Origin: a candidate division FCPU426 bacterium
GTDB lineage: Bacteria; Oederibacteriota; PGYV01; Palsa-1178
Direction: 5' to 3'
Length of the DNA stretch: 64,000 nucleotides
Assembly: GCA_963840035.1 (NCBI GenBank)
Contig: CAWIXE010000001.1
Coordinates: 992,001-1,056,000, forward strand
Each line of letters starts with the position of its first letter. Within the stretch, counting starts at the first letter, position 1. The notes beneath the pieces were generated by a model. That model was not told the DNA's origin. It did not search any database and worked only from the letters and a program-made list of their open reading frames with translations. Below, piece after piece: positions 9,068-18,314 of the stretch. The position numbers and the translations under genes were made by a program.

Positions 9068-9800
9068 TTTTAAAATAACGGTTTATGGTTTTATGACAGC
9101 CGTGGCTTTTTTAACCGGAATATATCTTTCCTCAATGGCCGCGAAAAAAAAGGGGATAGACCCAGATACCATACTGGATCTCGGGCTTGTCATAATAATC
9201 TCGGCTGTAATTGGCGCAAGGCTGCTGTATGTGATGGTTTGGTGGAACTATTATTCAAAGAACTTTGTTGACATATTCAAAGTATGGGAAGGCGGCCTGG
9301 TTTTCTATGGCGGCTTCATCGGCGCGCTTGGCGGATCCATATGGTGGATACTAAAAAAGAAACTGCCGTTTTTGAAGCTTGGGGACATATTCATGCCGTT
9401 TTTGGCCTTATCCCACGCCATAGGCAGGATAGGCTGCTACTATAACGCGTGCTGCTACGGAGCGGTAAACGACAAATGCGGAGTCATTTTCCCGGCGCTA
9501 AATGACAACCTAAGGCACCTGCCTACCCAACTGTATGAGTCAGTACTAAATTTTCTGAACTTTGTTGTGCTGATTATGTTTTTCAGCAACAAGAAAAGGA
9601 AGGAAGGCGATGTGTTCTTCCTTTACTTCCTTAACTATGGCATCATACGTTTTGTCATTGAGCTCTTCAGGGGCGACCCGGAACGCGGGGCGATACTGGG
9701 GATGTCGACATCGTCGTTTATCAGCTTGTTTCTGATTGTTACAGGCGTTGTGGGGATTGTATATTTGCGGGTTAAAAACAAAGGCGTGCAAAAGAACTGA
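9039..9800 (+). CDS. lgt: Prolipoprotein diacylglyceryl transferase
   Basis: GARLLYV, WEGGLVFYGG, AIGRIGC, PTQLYES, RFVIELFR. Confidence 0.95.
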   Translation: MHPILFSLGSFKITVYGFMTAVAFLTGIYLSSMAAKKKGIDPDTILDLGLVIIISAVIGARLLYVMVWWNYYSKNFVDIFKVWEGGLVFYGGFIGALGGSIWWILKKKLPFLKLGDIFMPFLALSHAIGRIGCYYNACCYGAVNDKCGVIFPALNDNLRHLPTQLYESVLNFLNFVVLIMFFSNKKRKEGDVFFLYFLNYGIIRFVIELFRGDPERGAILGMSTSSFISLFLIVTGVVGIVYLRVKNKGVQKN

Positions 9801-9930
9801 GGCGTGCGGTACGGCTTAAGGGACGTGCGGTAGAACTTAGGAACGTGCGAAAATCGCACGGCGGGCGCACGGTTTATCCCGCACGCATTACCTGGCACGT
9901 TCTATGTTAAACATGAAACAAAGAGGAATA

Positions 9931-10890
9931 ATGGAAAAGATAATTCTCACCGTTGAAATCACAGGCAAGCAGCGCATCGACGCTTACATGCGCGACCATA
10001 CAGACCTTTCCCGCGGGCAGGTGCAGAAGCTTGTCGAAGGCGCGAGGGTTTATGTTAATAAGAAAATAGCCAAAGCTTACAGCCAGCAGGTAAAAAATGG
10101 CGACATCATAGAGTTTGTTGAAGACATCCCCAAAGAAGCTGTGCCGGCACACAACGACATCCCTGTTGACATCATATACGAAGACAAAGATATCCTTGTC
10201 ATAAACAAACAGCCCGGGCTTGTGGTGCATCCGGCGCCGGGCCACAGCGACGGCACGCTTGTAAATGCCATCATAGAAAAGCACGTGGACGCGGAGGATT
10301 TTCAGGAAGGCACCAACAGGATGGGGGTTGTGCACAGGCTGGATAAGGATACCTCAGGCATCATGGTAATCGCAAGGCATGACAAAGCCATGATGAAGCT
10401 TGTAAAGATGTTCAAGGGCCGGGAACTTGAGAAGACCTATAAGACGCTTGTTCACGGCAGGATAGAAAAAGAGGGCAAGCTTGAAACTTACATAGACCGA
10501 GACACGCATGACAGGAAAAAATTCACCGCAAGACTGACCCATGGCAAAGAGGCACAGACGCTCTTTTTCCCCGAGGAAGTTTTCTACAACGCCACATTGC
10601 TGAAAGTAAAGATACTCACAGGCCGGACGCATCAGATAAGGGTGCACATGCAGTACTTAAAGCACCCGGTGGCAGGAGACGCGGTTTACGGGGATAAAAA
10701 CCTGGACATGCAGCTGACTTCGTACCTGGGCTATGACGAAAAATCAGCGGCGGACATCCTGCCGCGCCAGATGCTCCACGCGTACAACCTGAAATTCATT
10801 CACCCTATGACAGGGAAAAAATGCGATTTTACAGCGCCGCTGCCGGAGGACTTTGGAAGAGTATTGAAGATGCTACGGAAGAAGTTATAA
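9931..10890 (+). CDS. rluD: RluA/RluD-family 23S rRNA pseudouridine synthase
   Basis: N-terminal S4 domain, NKQPGLVVHP, HRLDKDTSG, TGRTHQIRVH, GDAVYG, QMLHA. Confidence 0.9.
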   Translation: MEKIILTVEITGKQRIDAYMRDHTDLSRGQVQKLVEGARVYVNKKIAKAYSQQVKNGDIIEFVEDIPKEAVPAHNDIPVDIIYEDKDILVINKQPGLVVHPAPGHSDGTLVNAIIEKHVDAEDFQEGTNRMGVVHRLDKDTSGIMVIARHDKAMMKLVKMFKGRELEKTYKTLVHGRIEKEGKLETYIDRDTHDRKKFTARLTHGKEAQTLFFPEEVFYNATLLKVKILTGRTHQIRVHMQYLKHPVAGDAVYGDKNLDMQLTSYLGYDEKSAADILPRQMLHAYNLKFIHPMTGKKCDFTAPLPEDFGRVLKMLRKKL

Positions 10891-10915
10891 CGGATTTGAT
10901 GTTTTTGTTCTTTTA

Positions 10916-11003
10916 TCCCTCTCCCCTTGGGAGAGGGTAGGGTGAGGGGAATAGGACAATTGGTTTCACCTCACCCCAGCCCCTCTCCTAAGAGGAGAGG
11001 GGA
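10916..11003. repeat. CCCTCTCC-type inverted hairpin doublet
   Basis: CCCTCTCCCCTTGGGAGAGGGTAGGGTGAGGGG facing CACCTCACCCCAGCCCCTCTCCTAAGAGGAGAGGGG. Confidence 0.75.
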
Positions 11004-11026
11004 AAATACTGCTTAAAGGAATATAA

Positions 11027-12823
11027 ATGACCTTAGTTCAAATGTCACAATCCAGAACTCAAAAACTTATTGAAAAATACCTGAAGCTGTATTTGTATTT
11101 CCTTGTCTTATTCCTCCCCCTTGTTTTCATACAAAAATGCGAAGACGCTTATTACATGCCTAAGCTGATTCTTCTGACAGGCGGCATGCAGTTCCTGTCG
11201 GTTACGGTTTTTGGACCGGCAAGGAAAAGGTTCGACGCTCTGGACTGGTCTCTTCTCGCGTTCGCGGTGCTTTACGCCACAGGGTTGATAAAAGCGGGGG
11301 ATAAAATAACGGCTGTTATTTCTGTGGCCGAATGGTTCTGCTGCGCGGGTGTGTTTCTTTTTATCAGGCATTATTTGAGGCCTTCTGAAATAAAAAGGAC
11401 GGTCATCCTGATGCTTTTATCGGCGCTAATTGCCGGGATTTACGCTCTGCTTCAGTCTTTTAACTTCGACTTAAAAGGATGGGTTACTGATTTTTCCGGC
11501 AGGGCGTTTTCGTCCATGGGTAATCCCGACTTTTTGGGCGGATTTTTGATACTCGTCATCCCGCTTGCTTTTTATGACGGGGCGTTTAACCGGACAAAAT
11601 TCCTGGCGCCGCTTATATTCATATTCCTGTCAGCCGTATTGATCCTCAGCCAGACCAGGAGCTCGCTGGCGGCCTTTGGCGTATCCCTGATATTGCTGGC
11701 GTTCCTGGTGCCGGGTTATTTCAAAAGGCATTATAAATACCTGGCCGGCGGAGGCGTTATTTTAGCGGCGGTAATTGTATTAAGCGGGGTGCTCGGGCCG
11801 CTTATTACAAGGATAACTTCCTCTTTTGGGCCGCACGGAACGGACTTAAGCGGCAGATTTGGATTGTGGTTAGCAGGGCTTCATATGGTGTGGGATAATT
11901 TCTTTACCGGGGCAGGTATTAATTCCATTAACAGTATTTTTACCCTGTACAGGCAGGCTGGTGCGGGATACCTGGAAACAGACCATCTGCATAATGATTT
12001 TATTGAAATATTCGCGGCATCAGGGGTTTTGGCTTTCGGCGCTTTTGCCATATTTTTGTCATTGCTGGCAGCCGCATTAATGCGGAAAAACAGCGAACTC
12101 TCCAGAATAGGTTTTGTATGTTTTATAGCCATGATGATACAGGCGTTTTTTAATTTCCCGTTTTTCATACTGGATTCAAAACTATATTTCTTCGCGATTG
12201 CCGGGCTTAGCCTTGCAGGGGATCAGGGAAAAGAACGCGTGTCTGTCAGGGCTTTTGCGGCAGGCGCAGCGTTATTTTTTATCTCTGCCGCCGTCACCTG
12301 CGTATTCCTGGCGGCTTCCTGTTATCTGAATTACGCCATTAACTCCGCGAACACCCCGGCAGCCGGGCAATATTATGAATCAGCGCGTTTTTACCCCGGC
12401 GCAAAAAAATATTATTACACAGCAGGCATGAAACTTGAACAGGGACGCATGGCTGAGGCAATGGCGGATAACCAGATGTACCTTTTTGCGTTCCCGTACT
12501 CCAAACAGGGAAAGATACAGCAGGGCATTATTTCAGCCGAATCAGGCGATCCGGGAAAAGCCATAAAGGTATTTGATTCGTTCCTGAAGTATTACCCGGA
12601 AGACACGGATGTTTTAAACAACAAAGGCAGGGCGCTTTACATGAAAGGCGACAAAAAAGAGGCTATTGAGCTGTTCAAAGCTATTATTAAAAAGGACCCT
12701 TCAAACGCTGTTGCGCATAATAATTTATATGGTATATACTATATGAACGGGATGAAACAGGACGCTTTAAAAGAACAGGAACGGTGGGAAATAATAACTA
12801 CGGATTATCAGATTAGGATGTAG
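11027..12823 (+). CDS. O-antigen ligase/O-oligosaccharyltransferase family protein with C-terminal TPRs
   Basis: About 12 TMs, SSMGNPDFLGG, SQTRSS, HLHNDFIE (Wzy_C-like), TPR repeats at the C-terminus. Confidence 0.8.
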   Translation: MTLVQMSQSRTQKLIEKYLKLYLYFLVLFLPLVFIQKCEDAYYMPKLILLTGGMQFLSVTVFGPARKRFDALDWSLLAFAVLYATGLIKAGDKITAVISVAEWFCCAGVFLFIRHYLRPSEIKRTVILMLLSALIAGIYALLQSFNFDLKGWVTDFSGRAFSSMGNPDFLGGFLILVIPLAFYDGAFNRTKFLAPLIFIFLSAVLILSQTRSSLAAFGVSLILLAFLVPGYFKRHYKYLAGGGVILAAVIVLSGVLGPLITRITSSFGPHGTDLSGRFGLWLAGLHMVWDNFFTGAGINSINSIFTLYRQAGAGYLETDHLHNDFIEIFAASGVLAFGAFAIFLSLLAAALMRKNSELSRIGFVCFIAMMIQAFFNFPFFILDSKLYFFAIAGLSLAGDQGKERVSVRAFAAGAALFFISAAVTCVFLAASCYLNYAINSANTPAAGQYYESARFYPGAKKYYYTAGMKLEQGRMAEAMADNQMYLFAFPYSKQGKIQQGIISAESGDPGKAIKVFDSFLKYYPEDTDVLNNKGRALYMKGDKKEAIELFKAIIKKDPSNAVAHNNLYGIYYMNGMKQDALKEQERWEIITTDYQIRM

Positions 12824-12831
12824 AAAATGCA

Positions 12832-12916
12832 GTCTCAATGATCTCAATAGTCTCAGGGGTCTCAGTGGTCTAAAGCGGACTATTGAGATTTGTGGGACCA
12901 TTGAGATTATTGAGAC
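12832..12916. repeat. Inverted nonamer tandem arrays
   Basis: Four RTCTCANNN units, a short spacer, then four mostly matching complementary units. Confidence 0.7.
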
Positions 12917-12934
12917 CAGCCCTGGAGGAAACAC

Positions 12935-13462
12935 TTGCTTTCAAAGAAACTGCAGACCCTCGTCGTAGAGCTCGTCCACGGCGACATCACAGAAGCCACA
13001 ACAGACATCATAGTAAACGCTGCGAATAATTCCCTTTGGATGGGCGCGGGTGTGGCCGGCGCGTTAAAGATGAAAGGCGGGCCTGAGATAGAAAAAGAGG
13101 CCATAGCGCAGGGCCCCATCCCCATAGGTACCACAGCGGTCACAAAAGCAGGAAAATTAAAAGCCAGGTTTGTCATCCACGCCGCTGTCATGGGCGACGA
13201 CCTTAAGACAAATGCCAACTACATAGCCTTAGCCACCTGGAATTCTTTTGCCAGGGCAGAGCAGCTAAAAATGGATTCCATAGCCTTCCCGGCATTGGGA
13301 ACAGGAGTGGGAGCCTTCCCGATACCAACCTGCGCGGAGCTCATGCTGGAGATAACAAAAAAGATAGACGAGGCAGGGCCGAAGTATTTAAAACGGGTGG
13401 TGTTTGTACTTTATACGCAGAAAGCGTATGATGAGTTTTTAAAGATTTATAGAACTTTATGA
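12935..13462 (+). CDS. Macro domain protein (ADP-ribose binding/hydrolase, YmdB-like)
   Basis: GDIT, IVNAAN, GAGVAGA, IHAAV, FPALGTGVG. TTG start with GGAGG RBS. Confidence 0.9.
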   Translation: MLSKKLQTLVVELVHGDITEATTDIIVNAANNSLWMGAGVAGALKMKGGPEIEKEAIAQGPIPIGTTAVTKAGKLKARFVIHAAVMGDDLKTNANYIALATWNSFARAEQLKMDSIAFPALGTGVGAFPIPTCAELMLEITKKIDEAGPKYLKRVVFVLYTQKAYDEFLKIYRTL

Positions 13463-13522
13463 TTTTCAATTTTCTATTTTAAATTTTCAATTAAAAGCAC
13501 GGCGCGGATTGAAATAACATCC

Positions 13523-13593
13523 GTAGAGATGCCACCTGTGGGCATCTCGGTGCAGAATGTCAGCCTTGAGACGGGCACGGGTCCCGTCTCTAC
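13523..13593. repeat. GTAG REPIN doublet
   Basis: GTAGAGATGCCACCTGTGGGCATCTC...GAGACGGGCACGGGTCCCGTCTCTAC. Confidence 0.75.
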
Positions 13594-13642
13594 GGTACAT
13601 GCGGCATGATTGCACCGCGTAATTTTATAAACGTAATGACGC

Positions 13643-13678
13643 GTTACATTTATGTAACACATGTTACATAAATGTAAC
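13643..13678. promoter_or_regulatory. Tandem palindromic operator-like sites
   Basis: GTTACAT-TT-ATGTAAC and GTTACAT-AA-ATGTAAC, starts 20 bp apart. Confidence 0.5.
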
Positions 13679-13719
13679 AGGATAAAGAATAATGCTTCAT
13701 GAGTTGGTTTTTTTCCCGT

Positions 13720-13748
13720 TTGACTTATGAAAATCCTTGTTTTATAAT
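13720..13748 (+). promoter_or_regulatory. Sigma70 promoter
   Basis: TTGACT-17 nt-TATAAT. Confidence 0.7.
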
Positions 13749-13812
13749 GGTTTTATGGTTTTAATTGAAAATTAAAAATTTAGAATTGAAAATCATCCCT
13801 TCTGGAGGTTTT

Positions 13813-16321
13813 ATGAAAGCCATTATTTTAGCCGGCGGTTTTGGAACCCGCCTTCGCCCTCTTACCACCAATATCCCCAAACCAATGGCACCTGTAATGA
13901 ACACGCCCATGCTCGAGCATATCATCAACCTTATAAAGAAAAACGGCATCACGGAAATAACCATGATGCTTTACTTTCAGCCTGAGGTAATATCGGGCTA
14001 CTTCAGGGACGGCTCGGATTTCGGGGTTAAGATAAACTACCTGACTTCGGAAAGCGACCTTGGGACAGCGGGATGTATTACTCTTGCAAAAGAACAGATG
14101 AAAGATGACGATTTTATCATAGTAAGCGGTGACGTTTTGACCAACTTTAACCTCTCAGACGCCATTGAATTCCATAAGAAGAACGCGGCCATCGGCACTA
14201 TCGTGCTGACAAAGACCACGGACCCGCTGCGCTACGGCATTGTAGTAACTGAGAAGGACGGCAGGGTTAAAAGGCTTCTGGAAAAACCATCCTGGGGAGA
14301 AGTTTTCTCGGATACAATCAATACCGGTATCTACGTATTCTCACCCGAGGTTTTTAAATACATACCAATGGGCGTGGATTTTGACTTTTCAAAACAGCTC
14401 TTTCCGGCTCTTCTTGCAAAGAACGAAAAGCTGTACGGTTTTACCGGCGAAGGCTACTGGAAGGACATCGGCACGCTCGCCGAATACAGGCAGGTTCATG
14501 AGGACATTCTCAATGGCGAAATAGACTGCGAGATAAAGGGCGAAAGAAAGGGCAAGATAGGCCGTGATGTATGGGTGGGAAAGAACGTAAAGATAAGCCC
14601 TAAGGCAAAACTAAAGGATTCTGTCGTAATCGGAAACAACGTCACAATAGAAGACGGCGCTGAGATATCAAACACGGTAATCGGCGATAATGTCTACATA
14701 GACAACGGCGCGAAAATTGTGCGCTCAATCATTTGGAACAACAATGTCATAGAAAAGGAAGTTGATATTAAAGAGGCTGTGGTCGGCAATAATAACAAGA
14801 TACGCTATAAAGCCTATATCGGCGTCGGCGCAGTTATTTCTGACAACTGTTTTGTCGGCAAAGAGTCGGTTATCAAACCCGAAGTAAAACTCTGGCCAAA
14901 TAAGATAGTAGACGACTTTTCAGTGGTATCGTCCTCGCTTATCCACGGCGAGCGCTGGTCAAACAGGCTTTTTGATATCTACGGCATCACGTCCATGGCA
15001 AATATCGAACTTACGCCGGAGATTGGCGCGAAAATAGGCGCGGCTTACGGCTCCACCTTTAAAAAGGGAAGCTACATATTGATGTCGCGCGATTATCACA
15101 GGACTTCGTTCATGTTAGAGCGTGCCATAATGTCGGGCATACTTTCCTCGGGGGTCAATATTTACGACTTCCGCATCATGCCTTTGCCCGTGACAAAGTT
15201 CGTCGCAAAGTCGCTGAAAGTGGCGGGCGGAATGCACATCAGGAAGTCGCCTTATGACGAGAAAATGATAGACATAAAATTCTTCGACGCGGACGGCATG
15301 GACATAGGCTTAAACCAGGAAAAATCCATCGAGAGCTCGTTTTTCCGCGAGGAATACCGCAGGGCTGACAACGACTCCATAGGCGTCATATCATACCCGC
15401 CGCGCGCGCTGGAGTATTACAAGGACGGCTTCATGAAGGCAGTGGATTTTGACCTTATTAAAAAGCGCAGGCTTCAGGGTTATCATTGATTATTCCTACT
15501 CGAACGCGCTGAACATATTCCCGTCGATACTCGGCGAGCTTAACTGCGAAGTCATAGCGCTAAACGCCTACAATGACGAGAAGAGGCTTACCAGGACAGG
15601 CGAAAAGTTTGAGGATTCGCTCGAAAAAATCGGCGAGATGGTAAAAACGCTTAAGGCTGACGCGGGTGTCATGATAGACGCCGGAGCGCAGAAGATATTT
15701 GTCGTAGACGACGCGGGAAAAGTACTTGTGGATGACGACGCTCTGATAGTCATGTCCAAGCTCTTTCTGGCAAGGAACAAGGGCGCTTCGGTTGCCGTTC
15801 CCGTCAACGTGGCCACTGCTGTGGACAGGGCCATAGAAGCGGCCGGAGGCAAGCCCTTCAGGGTCGGCACAAGCTACCGCGCCATGATGACCGCGGCCAA
15901 TACCAAGAAAGCGGATTTTGTCATGGAGGAAAAGGGCGGCTACATATTCTCGGCTTTCCAGCCTACCTTTGACGCCATGATGTCCACTGTAAAATTCCTT
16001 GAATGCCTGGCTGCGTACGGCAAGCCGCTTTCAACACTGACAGACGCCATACCTTCATACATTAAGATAGTGGATTCGGTGGTGGTGCCGTGGGAAAAAC
16101 GCGGCCACGTCATGATGGAACTGGCAGCGCTTAAGGATAACAATACCGATGAAGACATTGAAGGCATACAGTTCAAAGACGGAGACTCAAGGGTGCTCAT
16201 AATACCGGACAACGACAGGCCGGTATTCCAGATATATGTGGAAGCAAAGACAAAACAGGGCGCAAAGGCATTACTCGAAAAGAACAAGAAATTTTTGGGG
16301 AAGTTTGTCGAGAAGATCTGA
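13813..16321 (+). CDS. Bifunctional mannose-1-phosphate guanylyltransferase/phosphomannomutase-like protein, split by a frameshift at ~15460
   Basis: ILAGGFGTRLRPLT NTP-transferase domain, hexapeptide LbH repeats, and PGM/PMM domains continuing in ORF 15449-16321. Removing one A from the A5 run restores DLIKSAGFRVIID. Confidence 0.85.
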
Positions 16322-16353
16322 TTTTCAATTTTAAATTTTGAATTTTCAATTAT

Positions 16354-16385
16354 AAACAGGGCGCGCAAACGCCCTGTTTTTCTTT
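16354..16385 (+). terminator. Intrinsic terminator
   Basis: AAACAGGGCG-CGCAAA-CGCCCTGTTT plus T tract. Confidence 0.7.
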
Positions 16386-16531
16386 GCATTTAAGGCTTTA
16401 ATTGAAAATTGAAAGTATTGAATTGAAAATTTGACGTAAAAAAACATATAGCAAAAACCCCCAAAATTTGATAAATTATTACATCGTTTTAATTGAAAAT
16501 TTCAAATTGAAAATTCAAAATTGGAGTTTAT

Positions 16532-18313
16532 ATGAAAAACACTGTCGCGGTAATCGGAAGCGTAAATCTTGACATACTGGTAAAGACTGAAGCCATGCCT
16601 GAGAGGGGCGAGACCATTTCCGGGGATGAAGTCCACTTCCTGCCGGGCGGCAAGGGCGCGAACCAGGCTGTGTCAATCGCCAGGCTCGGTAAAAAGGTGA
16701 ATTTTGTGGCGAAAACCGGAAAAGACACCGTGCCGGGCAATGCCATAAAGAATTTAACCCACCCTAATATTAATTTAAAATACATGATAACGGACAGCGC
16801 CCTTATAACAGGGATAGCTCTTGTCAATACGACCGGAAAAAAAGGGAACAAGGTTACCTGGTACACGGGAGCCAATAATTTCCTGACCCCGGCAGACATT
16901 GAAAAGTCTTCGGAAGCAATCCAGAACTCGTCAATTGTGCTTATCTGCACCGAACTTCCGGTGGCAACGGCGAAAAAGGCCGTGGAACTCGCGAAAAAAT
17001 TCGGCAAGAAAATAATAATATCTATCGGCGCGTTAACCGGAAAAAAGAGGGAGGACATCATGTCCCTTTTAGACGGCGCGTACCTCGTGGTTATGAATGA
17101 AAAAGAGGGCGGATACCTTTCAAACAGGGTCATCTCGCACATGGAGACAGGAAACCTAACAGGCAAGGAACTCCTGGCAAAGGGCGTCGAGAACGTCATA
17201 ATAACAATGGGCCGCGAGGCTTTATTTGTAAACGCGAAAGGCGCTGAAGTGTTCCCGGGCTACGGCGTGAAAGTCGTGGACACCATCGGAGGCGGGGACG
17301 CATTCGCGGGCGCGCTTACTGTGGCGATACTTGAAGGCAAGCCGATGGCCGAGGCCATAGATTTTGCCAACGCGTCAGGCGGGATGAATTCCATGTTCAC
17401 GGGCGCGCAGGAAGGAATGCCTGAGAGGGACAAGCTCGACAGCTTTGTTTCCAAAAGAAGCGGCGAGGGCGGACACTACAGGGATTACAATGACACCATA
17501 AAAATGCTGGAAAAACGCACGACAAAAATGCGCGTTAATATAATCAAGATGCTCGGCTGTTCCAAATCAGGGCACCCGGGAGGGTCGCTTTCAGCCATTG
17601 ATATTGTATCCACACTTTACCTTCACACCATGAACGTGGACCCGAAGAACCCTAAAAAAGAGGACCGCGATAAATTCGTATTATCAAAAGGCCACGGCGC
17701 TCCCGCTTTATACGCGGCGCTTGCGGAAGCCGGATTTTTTCCCGAGGAAAAACTGTGGCAGCTTCGCAAGATTGACAATGACTTATCAGGCCACCCGGAC
17801 ATGAAAAAAACCCCGGGTGTTGATATGACCACGGGTTCGCTCGGGCAGGGGCTCTCGGTAGGAAACGGCATGGCGCTCGCGGCGAAGCTTAAAGGGCTTC
17901 CGACCAGGGTATATGTGATGATGGGCGACGGCGAGATGCAGGAAGGCCAGATATGGGAAGCGGCCATGACCTCGTACCACAGGAGGCTTGATAATGTCTG
18001 CGCCATACTTGACTACAACGGCCTGCAGATAGACGGCTCAATCGGCGAGGTAAAGTCGGGCTTAGAGCCGCTCGTGGAAAAATGGAAGGCGTTTAACTGG
18101 AACGTCATAGAGATAGACGGGCATAATTATGAGCAGATAATAGAGGCGTTTGAAGCGGCGAAAGCTTACAAAGGCGCGCCGAGCATAATAATCGCAAGGA
18201 CCGTCAAAGGCAAGGGAGTATCATTCATGGAGAGGAAGGTCGAGTATCACGGCGTAGCGCCCACACCGGACGAGGAAAAGCGCGCGTTAAAAGAACTCGG
18301 CTGTGGTGAGTAA
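16532..18313 (+). CDS. Ribokinase (PfkB) fused to transketolase N-terminal (TPP-binding) subunit
   Basis: N-half: GSVNLD, GGKGANQA, NEKE, DTIGGGDAF. C-half: SGHPGGSLS, SKGH, GSLGQG, GDGEMQEG, YHGVAP. Confidence 0.9.
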   Translation: MKNTVAVIGSVNLDILVKTEAMPERGETISGDEVHFLPGGKGANQAVSIARLGKKVNFVAKTGKDTVPGNAIKNLTHPNINLKYMITDSALITGIALVNTTGKKGNKVTWYTGANNFLTPADIEKSSEAIQNSSIVLICTELPVATAKKAVELAKKFGKKIIISIGALTGKKREDIMSLLDGAYLVVMNEKEGGYLSNRVISHMETGNLTGKELLAKGVENVIITMGREALFVNAKGAEVFPGYGVKVVDTIGGGDAFAGALTVAILEGKPMAEAIDFANASGGMNSMFTGAQEGMPERDKLDSFVSKRSGEGGHYRDYNDTIKMLEKRTTKMRVNIIKMLGCSKSGHPGGSLSAIDIVSTLYLHTMNVDPKNPKKEDRDKFVLSKGHGAPALYAALAEAGFFPEEKLWQLRKIDNDLSGHPDMKKTPGVDMTTGSLGQGLSVGNGMALAAKLKGLPTRVYVMMGDGEMQEGQIWEAAMTSYHRRLDNVCAILDYNGLQIDGSIGEVKSGLEPLVEKWKAFNWNVIEIDGHNYEQIIEAFEAAKAYKGAPSIIIARTVKGKGVSFMERKVEYHGVAPTPDEEKRALKELGCGE

Positions 18314-18314
18314 C

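Larger units (their letters stand above)
13462..13793. repeat. AT-rich heptamer arrays in inverted orientation bracketing the intergenic region
   Basis: attttca attttct attttaa attttca at 13462, and ttgaaaa ttaaaaa tttagaa ttgaaaa at ~13765. Confidence 0.65.
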
